Source of the DNA: Veleropilina oligotropha
Taxonomy: Eukaryota
Length of the DNA stretch: 64,000 nucleotides
NCBI GenBank assembly: GCA_048128005.1
Contig: JBEUKZ010000036.1
Location: forward strand, 310,001 to 374,000
Reading direction: 5' to 3'
Shown: piece by piece, positions 13,972-27,125 of the stretch
How positions within the stretch are numbered: position 1 is the stretch's first letter
Layout of the letters: each line of letters begins with the position of its first letter
Position numbers and translations under genes: made by a program
The notes under the pieces: model-generated
Database searches by the model: none
What the model was told of the DNA's origin: nothing
Seen by the model: only the letters and a program-made list of their open reading frames with translations

Positions 13972-15650
13972 TTTTAATGCCCGCGCCGAAGGCGAAAGGG
14001 CATATTGTTTCTGTACCGTCCGGCATCAACATTTTGGTTAAAGTTTTTCGTTGAGTGTATATGGGTGTTCCACGGGACTTTTTAGTGTATGTATGCTTTG
14101 TTATAGGTTTAATATATGGATATCATCTGATGCTCTGGCAATGATATTTAATACAATTTTATATAATTAATGAAAATATGATGGTCTCTTTGGACATAGA
14201 AGTTTATGTGAATTTTAGGTTAAAGTTTTTTGTGTCCGCTCTACAGTGAAAAGTTCTAATCCGATTTGATTCAAATTCGGTATGCAAGTTAGTTTTCATG
14301 TGTGTGTGCTCTACAGTGAAGAGTTCTATTCCGATTTCATTCAAATTTGGTATGCACGTTCGTTATGATGTGCACACGCCGACTAACTCGTTTTTGGATT
14401 CGAGATGGCTGCCGTGGTGGCCATTTTGTTTCGAAGATATTTCTTGTATCCGTTGTACAGTGAAGAGTTCTATTCTGATTTGATTCAAAATCAGTATGCA
14501 CGTTCATTATGATGAGGACATGCCGTCTAACGATTTTGGTCGATTTTGCGTTCAATATGGCTGCCATGGTGGCCATTTTGTTTTGAAGAAATTTCTTGTG
14601 TCTGTTCTACAGTGAAGACTTCTATCCAGATATGATTCAAATTCGGTATGCATGTTCATTATGATGAGGACACCGCCTAACGATTTTTTCGATTTCGGAT
14701 TCAACATGGCCACCGTGGTGGCCATTTTGTTTTGAAGAAATTTCTTGTGTGTGCTCTACAGTGTGCTCTATTCTGATTTCATTCAAATTCGGTATGCACG
14801 TTCGTTATGATGTGGGCACGCAGACTAACGATTTTCGTCGTTTTCAGATTCAAGATGGCCGCTGTGGTGGCCATTTTATTTGGAATATATCTCTTGTATC
14901 CGCTCTACAGTGAAGAGTTCTATTCTGATTGATTCAAAATCAGTATGCACGTTCATTATGATGAGGATACACCTCCTAATGATTTTTGTCATTTTGGTTT
15001 CAAGATGGCTGCCGTGGTGGTCATTTTGTTTTGAAAGTATACCTTCTGTGAGCTCTATATTAAAAAGTTCTTATCCTATTTCAATCAAATTAGATATACA
15101 CTTTTGGTATGATGAGGACACGATACCTATCGATTTTCAGATTCAAGATGGCTGCCCTGGTAAACATTTTGTTTTGAATAGATTTCTTGTTTGCACTCGA
15201 CAATGAAAATTTCTAATCCTATTGGATTCAAATTCGGTGTGCATGTTGATGAGTTAAGATGACGCCATGCCACCTAACGATTGTCGTCGTTTTTATTAAA
15301 GAAGGCCGCCATGGTGGGCATTTTGTTTTGAAGAGTTTTCTTGTGTGCGCTCTATAGAGGAAAGTTCTTATCCGATCTCATTCAAATTCGGTATGGACGT
15401 TAGTCATTATGATGACACGCCGTGTAACGATATTCGTCGTTTTCGGATTCAAGATGGCCGCCGTGGTGGCCATTTTGTTTTGAAGAAATTTCTTGTATCC
15501 ACTCTACAGTGAAGAGTTCTATTCTGATTTGATTCCAAATCAGTATGCACGTTCATTATGATGAGGACACAGCTCCTAACGATTTTTGTAGTTTTCGGAT
15601 TCAAGATGGCCGCCGTGGTGGCCATTTTGTTTTGAAGATTCCAATAATTC
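13972..15650 (+). mobile_element. HINE-like element with ~115-bp internal satellite (CAAGATGGCCGCC..GGCCATTTTG units)
   Basis: Head ATGCCC..GGGCAT followed by about a dozen diverged tandem units. The same family occurs at ~40993-42810 and ~61233-62300. Confidence 0.7.
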
Positions 15651-16223
15651 AATGTTGCTGATTAACATTTTATCTTGGTCACTATTATCACAGAGCCATG
15701 CATTACTATAAATCAACAAATTTATGCTTCCACTTAATAATAAAATATGTGTATTAAGACTTTTGCAGTCTGCTTGTCAAAATATATTGGTTTCTTAACC
15801 TTTCCTGTGTGGAGTTTATTTTGACTCTGCATGTAGTTTTTAGGGCACTATATTTTGACTGTATACTTATATGTGAGCCGCGTACAGGGAAGGGCATGGG
15901 CCCACATATATACGGGAGTCGCATACGAAAGGTTATAATGGTGAATCCAACGTCGTAGAACATTATATTACTTTGGTTGTTTTAGAGCTGGGATGGCTAC
16001 AGTACTATAGAAATATATGAGTCATGCGAGCCATTTCACGGCTTTGACGTTCTAGTTATGTATTGGCACAATACTGGCTTGTTTCCATTTTGTGGGAAAT
16101 ATTTCCTTTTGTGTTCAGGTGATCAGTCGCAATTGATTTGATAGATGACCCCGCATTTTCTGAGCGCTCCCAGCGGCAAACGAGATCACTACGTATTAAC
16201 CCAAATCACTAATATATAATAAA

Positions 16224-16545
16224 AATAATAATAATACTCCGGTCTTATATAGCGCATTATTATGCTAGTGTCTCAATGCGCTGAACATTATTACCCCTGA
16301 TTATTGGGCCTGTTCCACTTGATATGCCATCTCAACTCCATCTGGGAGCATTACAGTCATTTACATGCGGGTATATAGCGCCGTGACTTACATAATTGCC
16401 AACCAGGTACCCATTCAGATTGGCGGCAGGGGTGACCAAGGCAAATATATGCATATTTCCTTGCCCAAGTGAAATAACCGAGCTTTGGGGGCGAACTCGA
16501 GACTGTGACCAGAGTCCCGTGAACAACCCACTGAGCCACGACGGC
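16224..16545 (-). mobile_element. tRNA-derived SINE (Nin/Deu-domain-like)
   Basis: Minus strand: A-box GTGGCTCAGTGG, B-box-like GAGTTCGCCCC, central CTTGGGCAAGG..AATGGGTACC..GCTCCC..GGAGTTGAG, tail GCGCTATATAAG..(TAT)n. Second copy at 24024-24312. Confidence 0.8.
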
Positions 16546-16725
16546 ATATATATAATAAAAGCGACTAAAGAAAATCCAATACATTATATATACTGTACCT
16601 ATAAATATGCATAATTTAAATAAGCACATTTATCTTCATTAAGCATATATTTGATCAAATGAAATCTGGATACGGTTTTGGTTTCACTAAAGAAAAATAA
16701 TTATCCAAAATATATAATTATATAT

Positions 16726-17035
16726 CCCACTGGAAAATCATATACCAGTGGAATTATTATATCCCAGTTGAAGGAAAAACCCCACTGGAATGATGTGAAA
16801 TCCAGGTTGATTGCAAAATCCCACTGGGATCCCACTTTCAACTGGGATCCCAGTGGGATCTCGGTTGAAAAAATATCCCACTATAAATATCCCACTTGGA
16901 TCCCAGTGGGATCCTGGTTGAAAAAATATCCCACTATAAATATCCCACTGGGATCCCAGTGGGATTTGATATCCCACTGGAATCCCACCCATCCCAGTGG
17001 GATCCCGGTGGGATCCCAGTCACGTTTTCCATGGG
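16726..17035. mobile_element. Small MITE-like element built from CCCACTGG/CCAGTGGG motifs
   Basis: Ends CCCACTGGAAAA and TTTTCCATGGG are near-inverted; many internal palindromes of the form CCCACTGGGATCCCAGTGGG. Confidence 0.55.
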
Positions 17036-17318
17036 GAGGGATTCTTGTTTTTATTCATTTTGGATATGTCTCATCATGCACTCCACATTTGCTTTGTATC
17101 TACTTTCTGCTCTACTGATTTACTAATATATGATTTCTTTGATTGATGTATGAGAGTTTTAACTATATTTCTGTAAAGTTTATAATTTTCGAAGTCATTA
17201 CGTTTTCTAAAAAGGTCTCTTTGCCGATAAGCTTCTTTAATTTCATCTGAAAACCACTCTGGTTGACGATATTGTCTTACTCTCAATGTTTTTATGGGTG
17301 CATGTTTATTAATAACAC

Positions 17319-18007
17319 TTATCACATATCTAGGTCATTTTCCCATAGTGCAACACCGTGTATTATTCGTCGTAAGACACGTGTGTGAAAGCCATATTGA
17401 AATGCGATTGGATCAATTAATTAATGAAATTAGAACAGCCAATAGAAATGTGTGTCACTAAAGGTCGAGCGCACTTCTTGTTTTACTACGTATTATAAAT
17501 TATTTACTATAATGACATAAGGTGATTGCCGCCAATATTTTTAATGTTGACATTATGGCGGCGATAGTGGAAACATTTATAGCAACTACCACAAAACAAC
17601 AACATGGTAGAGATTATTGGGACTGATTCGAGGTAACGAGATTGCAGACGCAACAATCACATTTATGCAGGTATGTAGGCCACGATAGCAGACGTCAAAT
17701 GACAAATTCAAACCGGTCGGCGACACAGTCATGTATATCCCGCGTTATTGTCTTTAAATTGGCAGATAGTTTTAAATCTTAATGAAAATTGTTATTCTAA
17801 TATGTTCATATAGTTTATATAAAGTTATATCTGTTAATTTTCAAAGAATATTTGTTAGTTATTAATGTCAATTAATCAACTACTCTCGCACTCTTTTTAG
17901 AGGGCATTGCTACTAATTTATGTAATGAGTCAATACGATGGCCTTTTAGTTAAACTCGTTTCATAAATGTGATATTACATTACCACTCATATGAGATCCT
18001 CTATTTA
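17319..18007. mobile_element. Crypton-like non-autonomous element (internally shortened copy)
   Basis: Homologous to 41179-42069. Both ends carry TTA, and removal restores the LINE frame LFL-SVINKHAP. Confidence 0.6.
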
Positions 18008-19420
18008 AGAATAGTTCATACCATAAGTCTAAGCAAACTTCTGGATCGCTATACTGTTCAATTTGGTAAAAAGGAGACATTGCTAAATCGTTTAAGAAAT
18101 CAGATTCAACAAAGTTTTTAAAATTTCTATATTTAATTTCATAATGATGATGTTTTTTATGACTTTCATGATCGTGTTTCGTGATGGCCATTGGGTAATG
18201 ATCACTGAGCCCAAGAATAGGAACTCGAACGTCAGTGATATTCTCAGGATGTGTCACATAAACATGATCACGAATTTTGGCACTTTTGTCTGTTACACGT
18301 GTTGGTGAGATAATCATTTGATGCAGTGCATGTCGTTGAACAAGTTCTTTCCAGGCATATGGAAGATCATTTTGTGATTGAAAGTCAATATTGTAGTCAC
18401 CTAATAGTAAAAGTTTCTTATCTTCAACCAAAACATGATCTATTTGAAAGTCTAAAAACTCGGTCCATGTCGAGAGAGAATTTGGTGGTCTGTAACAAAA
18501 GCTTAATAAAAATGGTTTGTTTCTTAAAGGGGCTGGTTCCGCTTCATTACGTAATTTACATTCGAAAGAAAACTACAAATGACATATTGTGTGCATTTAT
18601 CAGCTACTCATTTGATGATTCGCAAGTTAAAATGCAGCATAATGTATTATATTTACTAGATAATCGCTTCAGTCATAGACATAATTTTTGGTGGAACGGT
18701 TGTAATATTAGAAACCATTGAATATAAGTCGTGGAGGTTTCCCCCGGTCAATTTTTAATGTTTAAATATCATAATAATAGTAATATATGTATCATACAAT
18801 TTTAAAATACGGTAAATGCCATTATTTGAAACTTTATGATCAGATAATGTATTGTTTTCATAATAAATATAAACATATCGATATGGTCGAAACTTCCTGA
18901 AGCCGACGTGAATGATCACCGTGAATAAAAAGACGCGCGCCTTTTATTCAGAATCGCTATATCAAACATTTATTGCAATATGTTAAGTTTTATTTTACGA
19001 TGTGGTAATTTGCAAACCAGCATGACTTTATGTAAATAATACATACAAAAAAAGGTATGTTACTTGGCGTTCAAAAGCGTATTTGCGGGTTGAAGTGGAA
19101 CCAGCCCCTTTAAAGGAAAGAATTCCAGCCATATAATTTCAATCGAATCACTTTCTAAATCAGTTCTTCTTGCATATTTAAGGTTATCAATAATATATAC
19201 TGCAATGCCTCCACCAGCTTTGCCTACTCTGTGTTTTCGAATGAGATTATAATTTTGCATGCATACTTCCGAGTCAGAAATATTGTTATTTAAGAAGTTT
19301 CAGTTAAACCTAAAATATCAATCAATTTAGATGCTTCATGAATTTTAAGATCAATTTCTTCAATTTTAGGCAGTAAGTGGCAAATATTTAAATGGAGTAT
19401 GTTTATCCCCTTGTTGTCCC
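18008..19420 (-). pseudogene. LINE ORF2 APE-type endonuclease domain (split by a MITE)
   Basis: LHLNIC, ILGLTET, GGGIAVYI, YRPP, LLGDYNID, PTRVT, DHVYV and LSDHYP motifs. Confidence 0.9.
18528..19109. mobile_element. Non-autonomous TIR element with TTAA target duplication (Kolobok-like)
   Basis: TIRs AGGGGCTGGTTCC(G/A)CTTCA, with TTAA at 18524-18527 and 19110-19113. AG termini favour Kolobok over piggyBac. Confidence 0.8.
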
Positions 19421-19737
19421 CAAAAGGGTTAGATAACTTCTCGTCAGGTGGACTAGAAATCGGTTTGTGGTCAACGTTTGAATGTGATTTAATGCAGAAG
19501 ATGGAAATATAGCACAAAATGCAGAGTAAGCATACATTGTAAGTAATAATTAAATGATAACACATTTCAATTGTAAGGGACTCAGGGTTATTACATTGAA
19601 GTATTGGTTGGTGATATTACACAAGTACATGCAGTTTCATTGCAGTCAATACAGAGTCTTTCCAGGATGCTAAATCTGTTGCTGCAAGAGTCAATAACGG
19701 CATCAGCTGCTTTGCTGTATTTCTATGCACAGTTGAT

Positions 19738-20941
19738 TTATATTAGCAAACACATTTTACTTTTGTGGCCAGACAAACCACAATTCCAGCAAGTTACTGG
19801 CACACCATGTTTACACACTCTAGATGTGTGTCCCTCTTCTCCACAATAAAAACACAGTGATGAACTCAAGTGTGAATGATTTCTTGGATGCACATTTGTA
19901 TTCCGTTTCATAATTGGCAACATTTCATGTATATTTCTGACCAATTGGGATGTGCCTGTATTTGTCAGATGAACACCATCTCGATGAAGGCATTCGACTC
20001 TGTTATACACTGAAGCGTAATTATCCACAAAGAGTAAGTGATGGCTAACATACATGCGCTTCAGTGCATGGTTTATGGTTGTGACATCCACGTCGTATCT
20101 TGGTGTCAGCTAGACCAGATATGATAACGTTTATCTCGCTTTTCTGAGAATACATCATATTGAGCATGTTTTCATACTCATACATGATATTTCGGATAGC
20201 AAAGTTTTGACTGGCATCATTTCCTCCTGCATGGATAACAATATTATTGTATTTCGCCAAGTCCATATTCTTTAGGGCTTTGCATATGTCAGGAACGGTG
20301 GCACCTCTATGTGTACGAACGTCAATATCTGATGATAATCCTCTGGGATTAATCAGCTTGAACATTGAACTGCCGATTAATAGTGTGCAGTCGGTCCTGT
20401 GGCACAGATTTTTGCCTGTTTTGTTTTGTCTTGTCGTGCATTCATACACTTTGGTATTGCCATTTCTGACTGGCTTGCACATACAATTGTTCTCATACGA
20501 GTCGGTATTGATCATTGACGGTTGGACATATTGATTTGATAGACGATTTTGCGCTTCATCATTGCCATTTTTACATGACATACTCATACCATAGTCAGTG
20601 TTGACTGCCATGTTGACTGTTTGGTTTGGGGAAACATCATGTATCACTTTGGGGGTAGTTGCCTTTATATCGTCGTGACTTTGTTTCCTGGAAGTTGAAA
20701 TTTTGTCGGTAAGGGAGGAGATCATCAACACTTGACTCTCACATCTTTCATTTAATTGACGTATTTCAATAATTAAGCTTTTGCTGTCTTGCAGGAGTAA
20801 TTTAATCTCTGCACGTTTGCAGGCTAACTCATTCGCCATCTGCTCGATGCGCTCTTGCTGTAGTTCAGATTGTAGGACGAGCAGGTCATACTGTTCAGAA
20901 TCAGTTTTGATAGAGACTTCATCGTTCATTGATCTACTCAT
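19738..20941 (-). pseudogene. LINE ORF1: coiled coil + SGNH/GDSL esterase domain + two CCHC zinc knuckles (frameshifted)
   Basis: LIGSS (block I), RGAT (II), HAGGND (III), DGVH (V); CFYCGEEGHTSRVC and CWNCGLSGHKSKMC; frameshift near 20060-20090. Confidence 0.85.
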
Positions 20942-20954
20942 GGAAAATTCTCTT

Positions 20955-21040
20955 AGCTTTTGTTTGGCCCTTTTGTTTGGCCCTTTTGTTTGGCCCTTTT
21001 GTTTGGCCCTTTTATTTGGCCCTTTTGTTTGGCCCTTTTC
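20955..21040. repeat. 14-15-bp minisatellite (TTTGTTTGGCCCT) inside LINE ORF1
   Basis: About 5 tandem copies visible. Confidence 0.85.
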
Positions 21041-21435
21041 AGAGCTTTTGCATGTTGTGTTGTTCTCACTTTATAAACATCATTTTGCGGTTGAAGTTCA
21101 GTTATTGTTTGCAGTAGAGAACTGTTTGGTAGATCACAGGTAATTAGGCTTTTGATCTCTGTGCCTGACTGGTCATTGTTTGTACAGGGACTGCTACAAT
21201 GGATCATTTGTTTGACTGGTAGTGTCATGCTATCTGCACTTGAAGAAATATTTTGTGCTCAACTATGACTGGTTTCCCTCTAAAAGACTCGGATGGAGTT
21301 ATCATTAAAACAGAATTTGATGGCCGTAAAGTCACTATTGCGCTATACAACAAATCAAGGAAGTTACATATACAAGGATCAGGCTGTAAAAACTGGTATT
21401 ATGACTTTTATTCAATCATATTTCATAACAGATAT

Positions 21436-22198
21436 GAGGGATGCAGAAGAATCCCGGTCACCAGTAACATCTACGAATGTAGGTCAAAATGTCCCCGGTC
21501 AAAATGGCCCTGGTCAAAATGGCCCTGGTCAAAATGGCCCCGGTCAAAATGGCCCCAAGAGCAAACTAGGTCAAAATGGCCCCAAAGATGATATAACATG
21601 ATATAATAAGATTTATTATATGTCATGAATCTGAATGAATAAATAATGAGTATTAATTGTTTTCAAAAATATAACAATAACAGTGATAATAATGTTTCAA
21701 TATATACTCAAAGTATATATACAACTCGAAATTAAAATCCAACCAATGAAATTAACATCATTCTGCTCGGTTCTGCTTAAAATATATATATATACTGACC
21801 AAAGAAATTCACATCATTATGCTCTGCTAAAAGTTACTATACATACAACCCTAAACTAAAATAATTACCAAAGAAATTAACATCATTCTGCTCGGTTCTG
21901 CTCAAAGTTACTAAAAACAACTCTATACAGTAAAGTTAAATATTAATATATATATATATTTATTTATATTGCTTATGATGTCAATCCGTCGTTCTGATTG
22001 GATGATGTTAGTTACGTAAATACCCTTATACCCCTTTTGTTTGACGTCATTTTCAAACATGAATAGTACAAAATTTTAATATACATATAATTATTAAACA
22101 TACATATACATTTATATATGTATGAAACTAAAGCATTGAATCTATATCATTTTATATCTTGGGGCCATTTTGACCGGGGCCATTTTGACTGTGCACCC
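21436..22198. mobile_element. MITE with GGTCAAAATGGCCCC subterminal repeats in inverted orientation
   Basis: Tandem 15-bp motifs at 21482-21585 and their reverse complement at 22158-22190 flank an AT-rich interior. The left boundary is uncertain. Confidence 0.65.
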
Positions 22199-22553
22199 AA
22201 AATATTCACATATAATATTGTGTCATAAAGTTTAGCACATAGTATCGAGATCACAATTGATAGAGTCTTCTCCTGCTTCTATGTTACTTACAATGTCCTG
22301 TGCAGGAAATCCATAGATTGATTCACTCATGTCCAGAATAAAGCTCCCATTGTTTGATGAAGCAGCCATGTATTATGTCACAAATACTCCAAAATAACAT
22401 GATCCCGAGCAAATCCTCTCATTAATGTGATCTTTTATAACTTATTAAGGTAATTTCACAAGAAGTAGTATCTTTTCACTTGATTACACAACATAAATAG
22501 AAGAAAATGTCAGGAGCAGTTCACCAGTAGGTCTGCTCCTGGCGGCCATCTTG

Positions 22554-23951
22554 ATATATTCGAAACTATAAGAAACTCACCTATCTTTTTTTACGTTAAT
22601 CAATAGCCACCTTCTTCAAACTTCATATTATGCTATTATATATTAGTATGAACTATTATGAGTTCGAAGGTTTAGTGAAAATATTTATTTTTTAGTATAT
22701 ATTTTACGTTTTTGAATATATTCTCTGGGGCTTCATTTCTGATCTCATGCTAAATGAAACTCACCTATCTTTTTCGTTATTATTCAATAGCCACCTTCTT
22801 CAAACGTCATATGCTATATTATATATAAGTATGAACTATCATGAGTTTGAATATTGAATGAAAACGTGCATTTTTTACCACATCTTTGACTTTCACGTTT
22901 TTGGACATAGTCTCTGGGGCTTCATTTCTTATCTCATACTATAAGAAACTCTGACCAAGAAACTCACCTATTTTTTTATGTTAGTCAAGAGCCATCTCAT
23001 TCAAACTTGATAAGCTATTAGATATATGTATGAACTATCATGAGTTCGAATATTCAATGACAAAAATTATTTTTACCACATTTTTTTACGTTTTAGAACA
23101 TAGTCTCTGGAACTTCATATCTGAATTCATGCAATAAGAAACTCACCTACCTATTTCGATGTTAGTCAATAGCCATCTTCTTCAAACTTCATAAGCTATT
23201 GTATATAAGTACTAGCGGGTAATGTAAACGGGTGATTTCGATAAAATCCCCCATTCCCCCCCTTCTTCTCGATGGAAATTTACATTGAGGTGGAACTTCC
23301 TGATTATATACAATAGCTTCCAATGCAGCCGTTCACGCTAAAATTATGCTGTGATTGAAACTATTATCTAATAATTGTAAATTTGTAATACTTTATGCTG
23401 CATTTTAACTTGCGAATCATCAAATGAGTAAGGGAAAAATACACACAATATCCCATTTGTAGTTTTCTTTCGTATGTAAATTTAGTAACGAAGCAGAATC
23501 AGCATCTTTAATTAATTAACAAGGCTTTGCAAGTTTTGTTATGCCCCCCACCCCTCCATTTCTTGCTCCCTCCACTTTACCTCCCCATTTCCCCCCCCCC
23601 CCCCCCCACCCCAAACTTAGAGAGGATACCTCGGCAGCTTTTGTTCAAATCTTCTCGATGCGAATTTACATTGAGGTGGAACTTCCCGTTATATACAATA
23701 GCTTCCAAATATGTATATGTAATTTAGTAATGAAGTGGAATCAGCATCTTGAATTAACAAGGTTTTGCAAGTTTTGGGATGCCTGTGCAAATGCCTGTGC
23801 AGTTTATACAAGTTTACGGTCAGCAGAATGATAGAAAAACGAAATCATCGTTTCCTTTTATAATGTTTAAGAACAGATATAGTGATTAAGCATCAATGGC
23901 TTGAACATATACCGGGGGCATCTGCTGTGTCGGTTGACACATTTCTACTTT
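22554..23951 (+). mobile_element. 3' part of a HINE-like element related to 7361-9090, with an internal insertion at ~23211-23878
   Basis: ~190-bp units with AACTCACCTAT and GAACTATCATGAGTTCGAA; 3' end CCGGGGGCAT, hairpin TGTGTC..GACACA, CTACTT. Confidence 0.6.
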
Positions 23952-24023
23952 ATTTATGTATTGGAATTCAAGCAGACCTGTAAGGCAAGGCCTCTGCTCA
24001 CTAGATCTGCACTGCTGTGATTG

Positions 24024-24312
24024 CTATATAATGCATTATTATGCTCAAGTCTCAATGCGCTGAACAAACATCCAATTTTATGGGCGTGTTCCACTCGATA
24101 TGCCATCTCAACTCCGTCTGGGAGCATTACATGCGGGTAGCGCTTTGACGTACGTAACTGCCAACCAGGTACCCATTCAGATCAGCTGGGTGGACCGAGG
24201 CAAATATATGCATAATTCCTTGTTCAATTGAAATCGCCGAGGCAGGGAGGTGAACGCGGAACTCTGCCACCAGATCTTGAGTCTCATGAACAACCCACTG
24301 AGCCACGACAGC
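24024..24312 (-). mobile_element. tRNA-derived SINE, same family as 16224-16545
   Basis: Direct similarity, including the A-box and the AATGGGTACC core. Confidence 0.75.
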
Positions 24313-24493
24313 ACAATAATGAAAGGGATGGTTTAAAAACAATAAGTATTGTAAGATATAATAAACAAATATAACATATTCACTTAGTTAAGCAAACTAA
24401 TTATTATTAAATGATCAATATCCAGTAACTAACATGCACTGTTCTTTCGCTGTATGGGATTCCTGATGTTCTATTTGGAATATTTTATTTCAG

Positions 24494-24580
24494 GGTACTT
24501 ATAGATTCCGTGAGAAAACTGCGTCATCGGTGTGAAGTGGATGTTTGTGCATATCAAGGCATCGTGCTCAAAACATGGAG
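24494..24580 (+). other. Candidate 87-bp coding exon of an unidentified host gene
   Basis: Acceptor TATTTTATTTCAG, donor AG|GTAAGT, symmetric phase, single open frame VLIDSVRKLRHRCEVDVCAYQGIVLKTW. No homology recognised. Confidence 0.35.
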
Positions 24581-24961
24581 GTAAGTTGAAAATACTGTCT
24601 GTAAAATTTAGTAAGTGTAATCGCTATCATGGCGATGTATATGAGACACATTTCTGGTTATTTTTGTATGCTTAGCACCCCATTTTGTCGCCAGGGTCAT
24701 TATCAGGAAATGTCCTTGATATCTCAACTGGTAGATTGTCAGAAACACATTAAGTGGGATGGTAGGATGTCACATGTGGGTTCGATACCTGCAACGTTGT
24801 GGCCTATTCTACCTAATAGAAGAGTAATTTTAAAACCCATCGTTATCCATCATTCGAAAGAGGTTCCGACGATAGATATGACTGAAAACTTGTCAAAATG
24901 AGGGCGTTAAACTAAACTGATTCACACGCACACTAACTGTGTAGATGGATGTTCGAACATA

Positions 24962-26273
24962 TACTGATAGCAATATTTAAGGGAACCCAAATTTACTGAG
25001 AAACCACGTGTTAAGAAATATGTAGTCCATGCTCCATGAACATCGATGCAAGCACGACATCTTCTGGGCATACTGGAGACCAACCGACGGATTGTCTCCC
25101 TTAGAATCCTATGCCATTCTTCTTGCAAGGTCTGGCCAAGATGTTGCTAAGTGGGGAATGCTGACGTCTGTTGCGAACCCTGATGCCCAAAACATCCCAA
25201 AGATGTTCAATGGGAGACATGTATGGTGATTTTTGCTGGCCAGGGCAGTGCTGTGATGCCTTGCATTTTTTTGCTGCCTCAGTAAGTCGACCGCGACACG
25301 TGTCCTGTGAGGACGGGCATTGTCATCCTGGAACTCGAAGTTCCATCCTACACGCGGGACAAAAGGGATGACCAATGGTCGTAAAATTTGGTCAACATAA
25401 CATTGACCAGTAATGTTACCTTGCACTAGAATCAAATCAGTCCTGTTGTCGTACGTGATGCCAGCAAAGACCATGATGCTGTCACCGCCACATCGATCTC
25501 GCTCCTAGCTGGATGGCTACATGCTTTCTCTCATCCGTGAAACGTAAACAAAACCTTGAGTCATCGGAAAACATGGTGTAATGCCAAAGGTGGTGCTGAC
25601 TACCCCAAACTGATGAGCCTGTGTGCCCCAACCAGATGCATTCCTATGAACGGACGCCTCGATTTCCCTGTGTACCCCAGCCAGATGCATTCCTCTGGAC
25701 GGACGCCTCTATTTCCCTGTGCCCCAGCCAGATGCATTCCTCTGAATGGATGCCTCAATTTCGGACCCACCCATCTCAGTCTGTTTCGTATCGATGACTT
25801 GCACAGTCAGATTCCTATGGCAGCCCTCAAGTCTACTCTCAGTTCTGGAGCAGAAACGAACCTGTTTCTCAATGTGATTGTCCGCAAATACCGATCCTAC
25901 CTGTTAGTCTTCTAGGGCTCCCCGCCACACCCTAATCTCAACCTCACACATTTGCTGATAGCGTACTGCAAGTCGAGAAATCACACTTTTGGATTTACCA
26001 AAGTGTCTGGCAATTGCATTCTGCGATTGACCAGCTTCTATCATTTTCAGTCATATACACTTTTGGAGGCATTTTGGTTAGTTTTACTCGAAGAATGAAC
26101 CATGTGGTTGTGGCGTTTCACTGCATGTGGAATTAACCTAGGGTTGTGACATCATCACCAGCATGTGCTGCTTGGGGTGTCTGCATCTGATACCTGTGCT
26201 CCATGTAACACAGTTGGTCAGTTTGATATTATTTCTGAAATGACTGGGGTTCCCATAAATATTGTTCTCAGTA
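24962..26273 (-). mobile_element. Decayed Tc1-like transposon
   Basis: Imperfect TIRs TACTGA..AATATTTA.GGGAACCC flanked by TA. Transposase remnants MVFAGI, FQDDNARPH and EEWHRI..LVSSMPRRCRACI..GAWT, with many frameshifts; ~52-bp tandem repeat at 25625-25760. Confidence 0.85.
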
Positions 26274-26814
26274 TATTTCTGTATAATTATATACTATGTA
26301 CTTTGATTGACCTACTTCTGGAATTTTGTGACTTAGCCGATTGACATCTTTAATTCTTGTATCTTCCTTTCAGTTTGTTTCTGAAGTTTCCAGAGAATAT
26401 ACGCTATGATTGCTTATCAGCGTAGATACTACGGAGATGGAAGTGGCCAAATAACGTATACGATAGTTATTGATTTGATCATACAGCTGTCGTGTTATTT
26501 TTAATTCGATTAAATATGTTGCGTGTGCTGTCCTCTCCTTTAATATTTATCCATGTGGCTCATACGAACTTAGTTAATAGAACATATTGAAGTCATGTGA
26601 AGTTACTTGGTAACTGCTCTGTCCATGTTGTTATTGGCAACAGCTTCCTCACAGTGTTTTGTTAACGTGTTTAAATATATATTTATTTGTTATGATTTTA
26701 TATGTTACTGGTAATACGTTGGATATTCCGTATGCTTGTTCCATCAAGAGTCTTGCAATGTTTCAACATCTGGTCATTCCAAATGCATTTAACAGTATTT
26801 TCTCAAAATGTTCC

Positions 26815-27125
26815 ATTCATACATGCAACCATAACGATCCATTTCATACATGCAACCATAAAGATCCATTCATACATGCAACCATAAAGATCCATTCATA
26901 CATGCAACCATAAAGATCCATTCATACATGCAACCATAAAGATCCATTCATACATGCAACCATAAAGATCCATTTCATACATGCAACCATAAGATCCATT
27001 CATACATGCAACCATAAAGATCCATTTCATACATGCAACCATAAAGATCCATTCATACATGCAACCATAAAGATCCATTCATACATGCAACCATAAAGAT
27101 CCATTCATTCATACATGCAACCATA
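26815..27125. repeat. 26-27-bp minisatellite CATACATGCAACCATAAAGATCCATT (also 45869-46180)
   Basis: About 12 tandem copies. Confidence 0.95.

Noticed and set aside
16440..16545. tRNA-like A/B boxes here and at 24230-24312, 36520-36630 and 63416-63500
   Set aside because: No complete cloverleaf; most continue into SINE bodies and tails.
16678..17126. WDPSGIPV-repeat ORFs
   Set aside because: They are products of the palindromic CCCACTGGGATCCCAGTGGG motifs of a MITE-like element.
23211..23878. Possible Helitron starting with CTAG inside a HINE
   Set aside because: No clear subterminal hairpin or second copy, so it cannot be classified.
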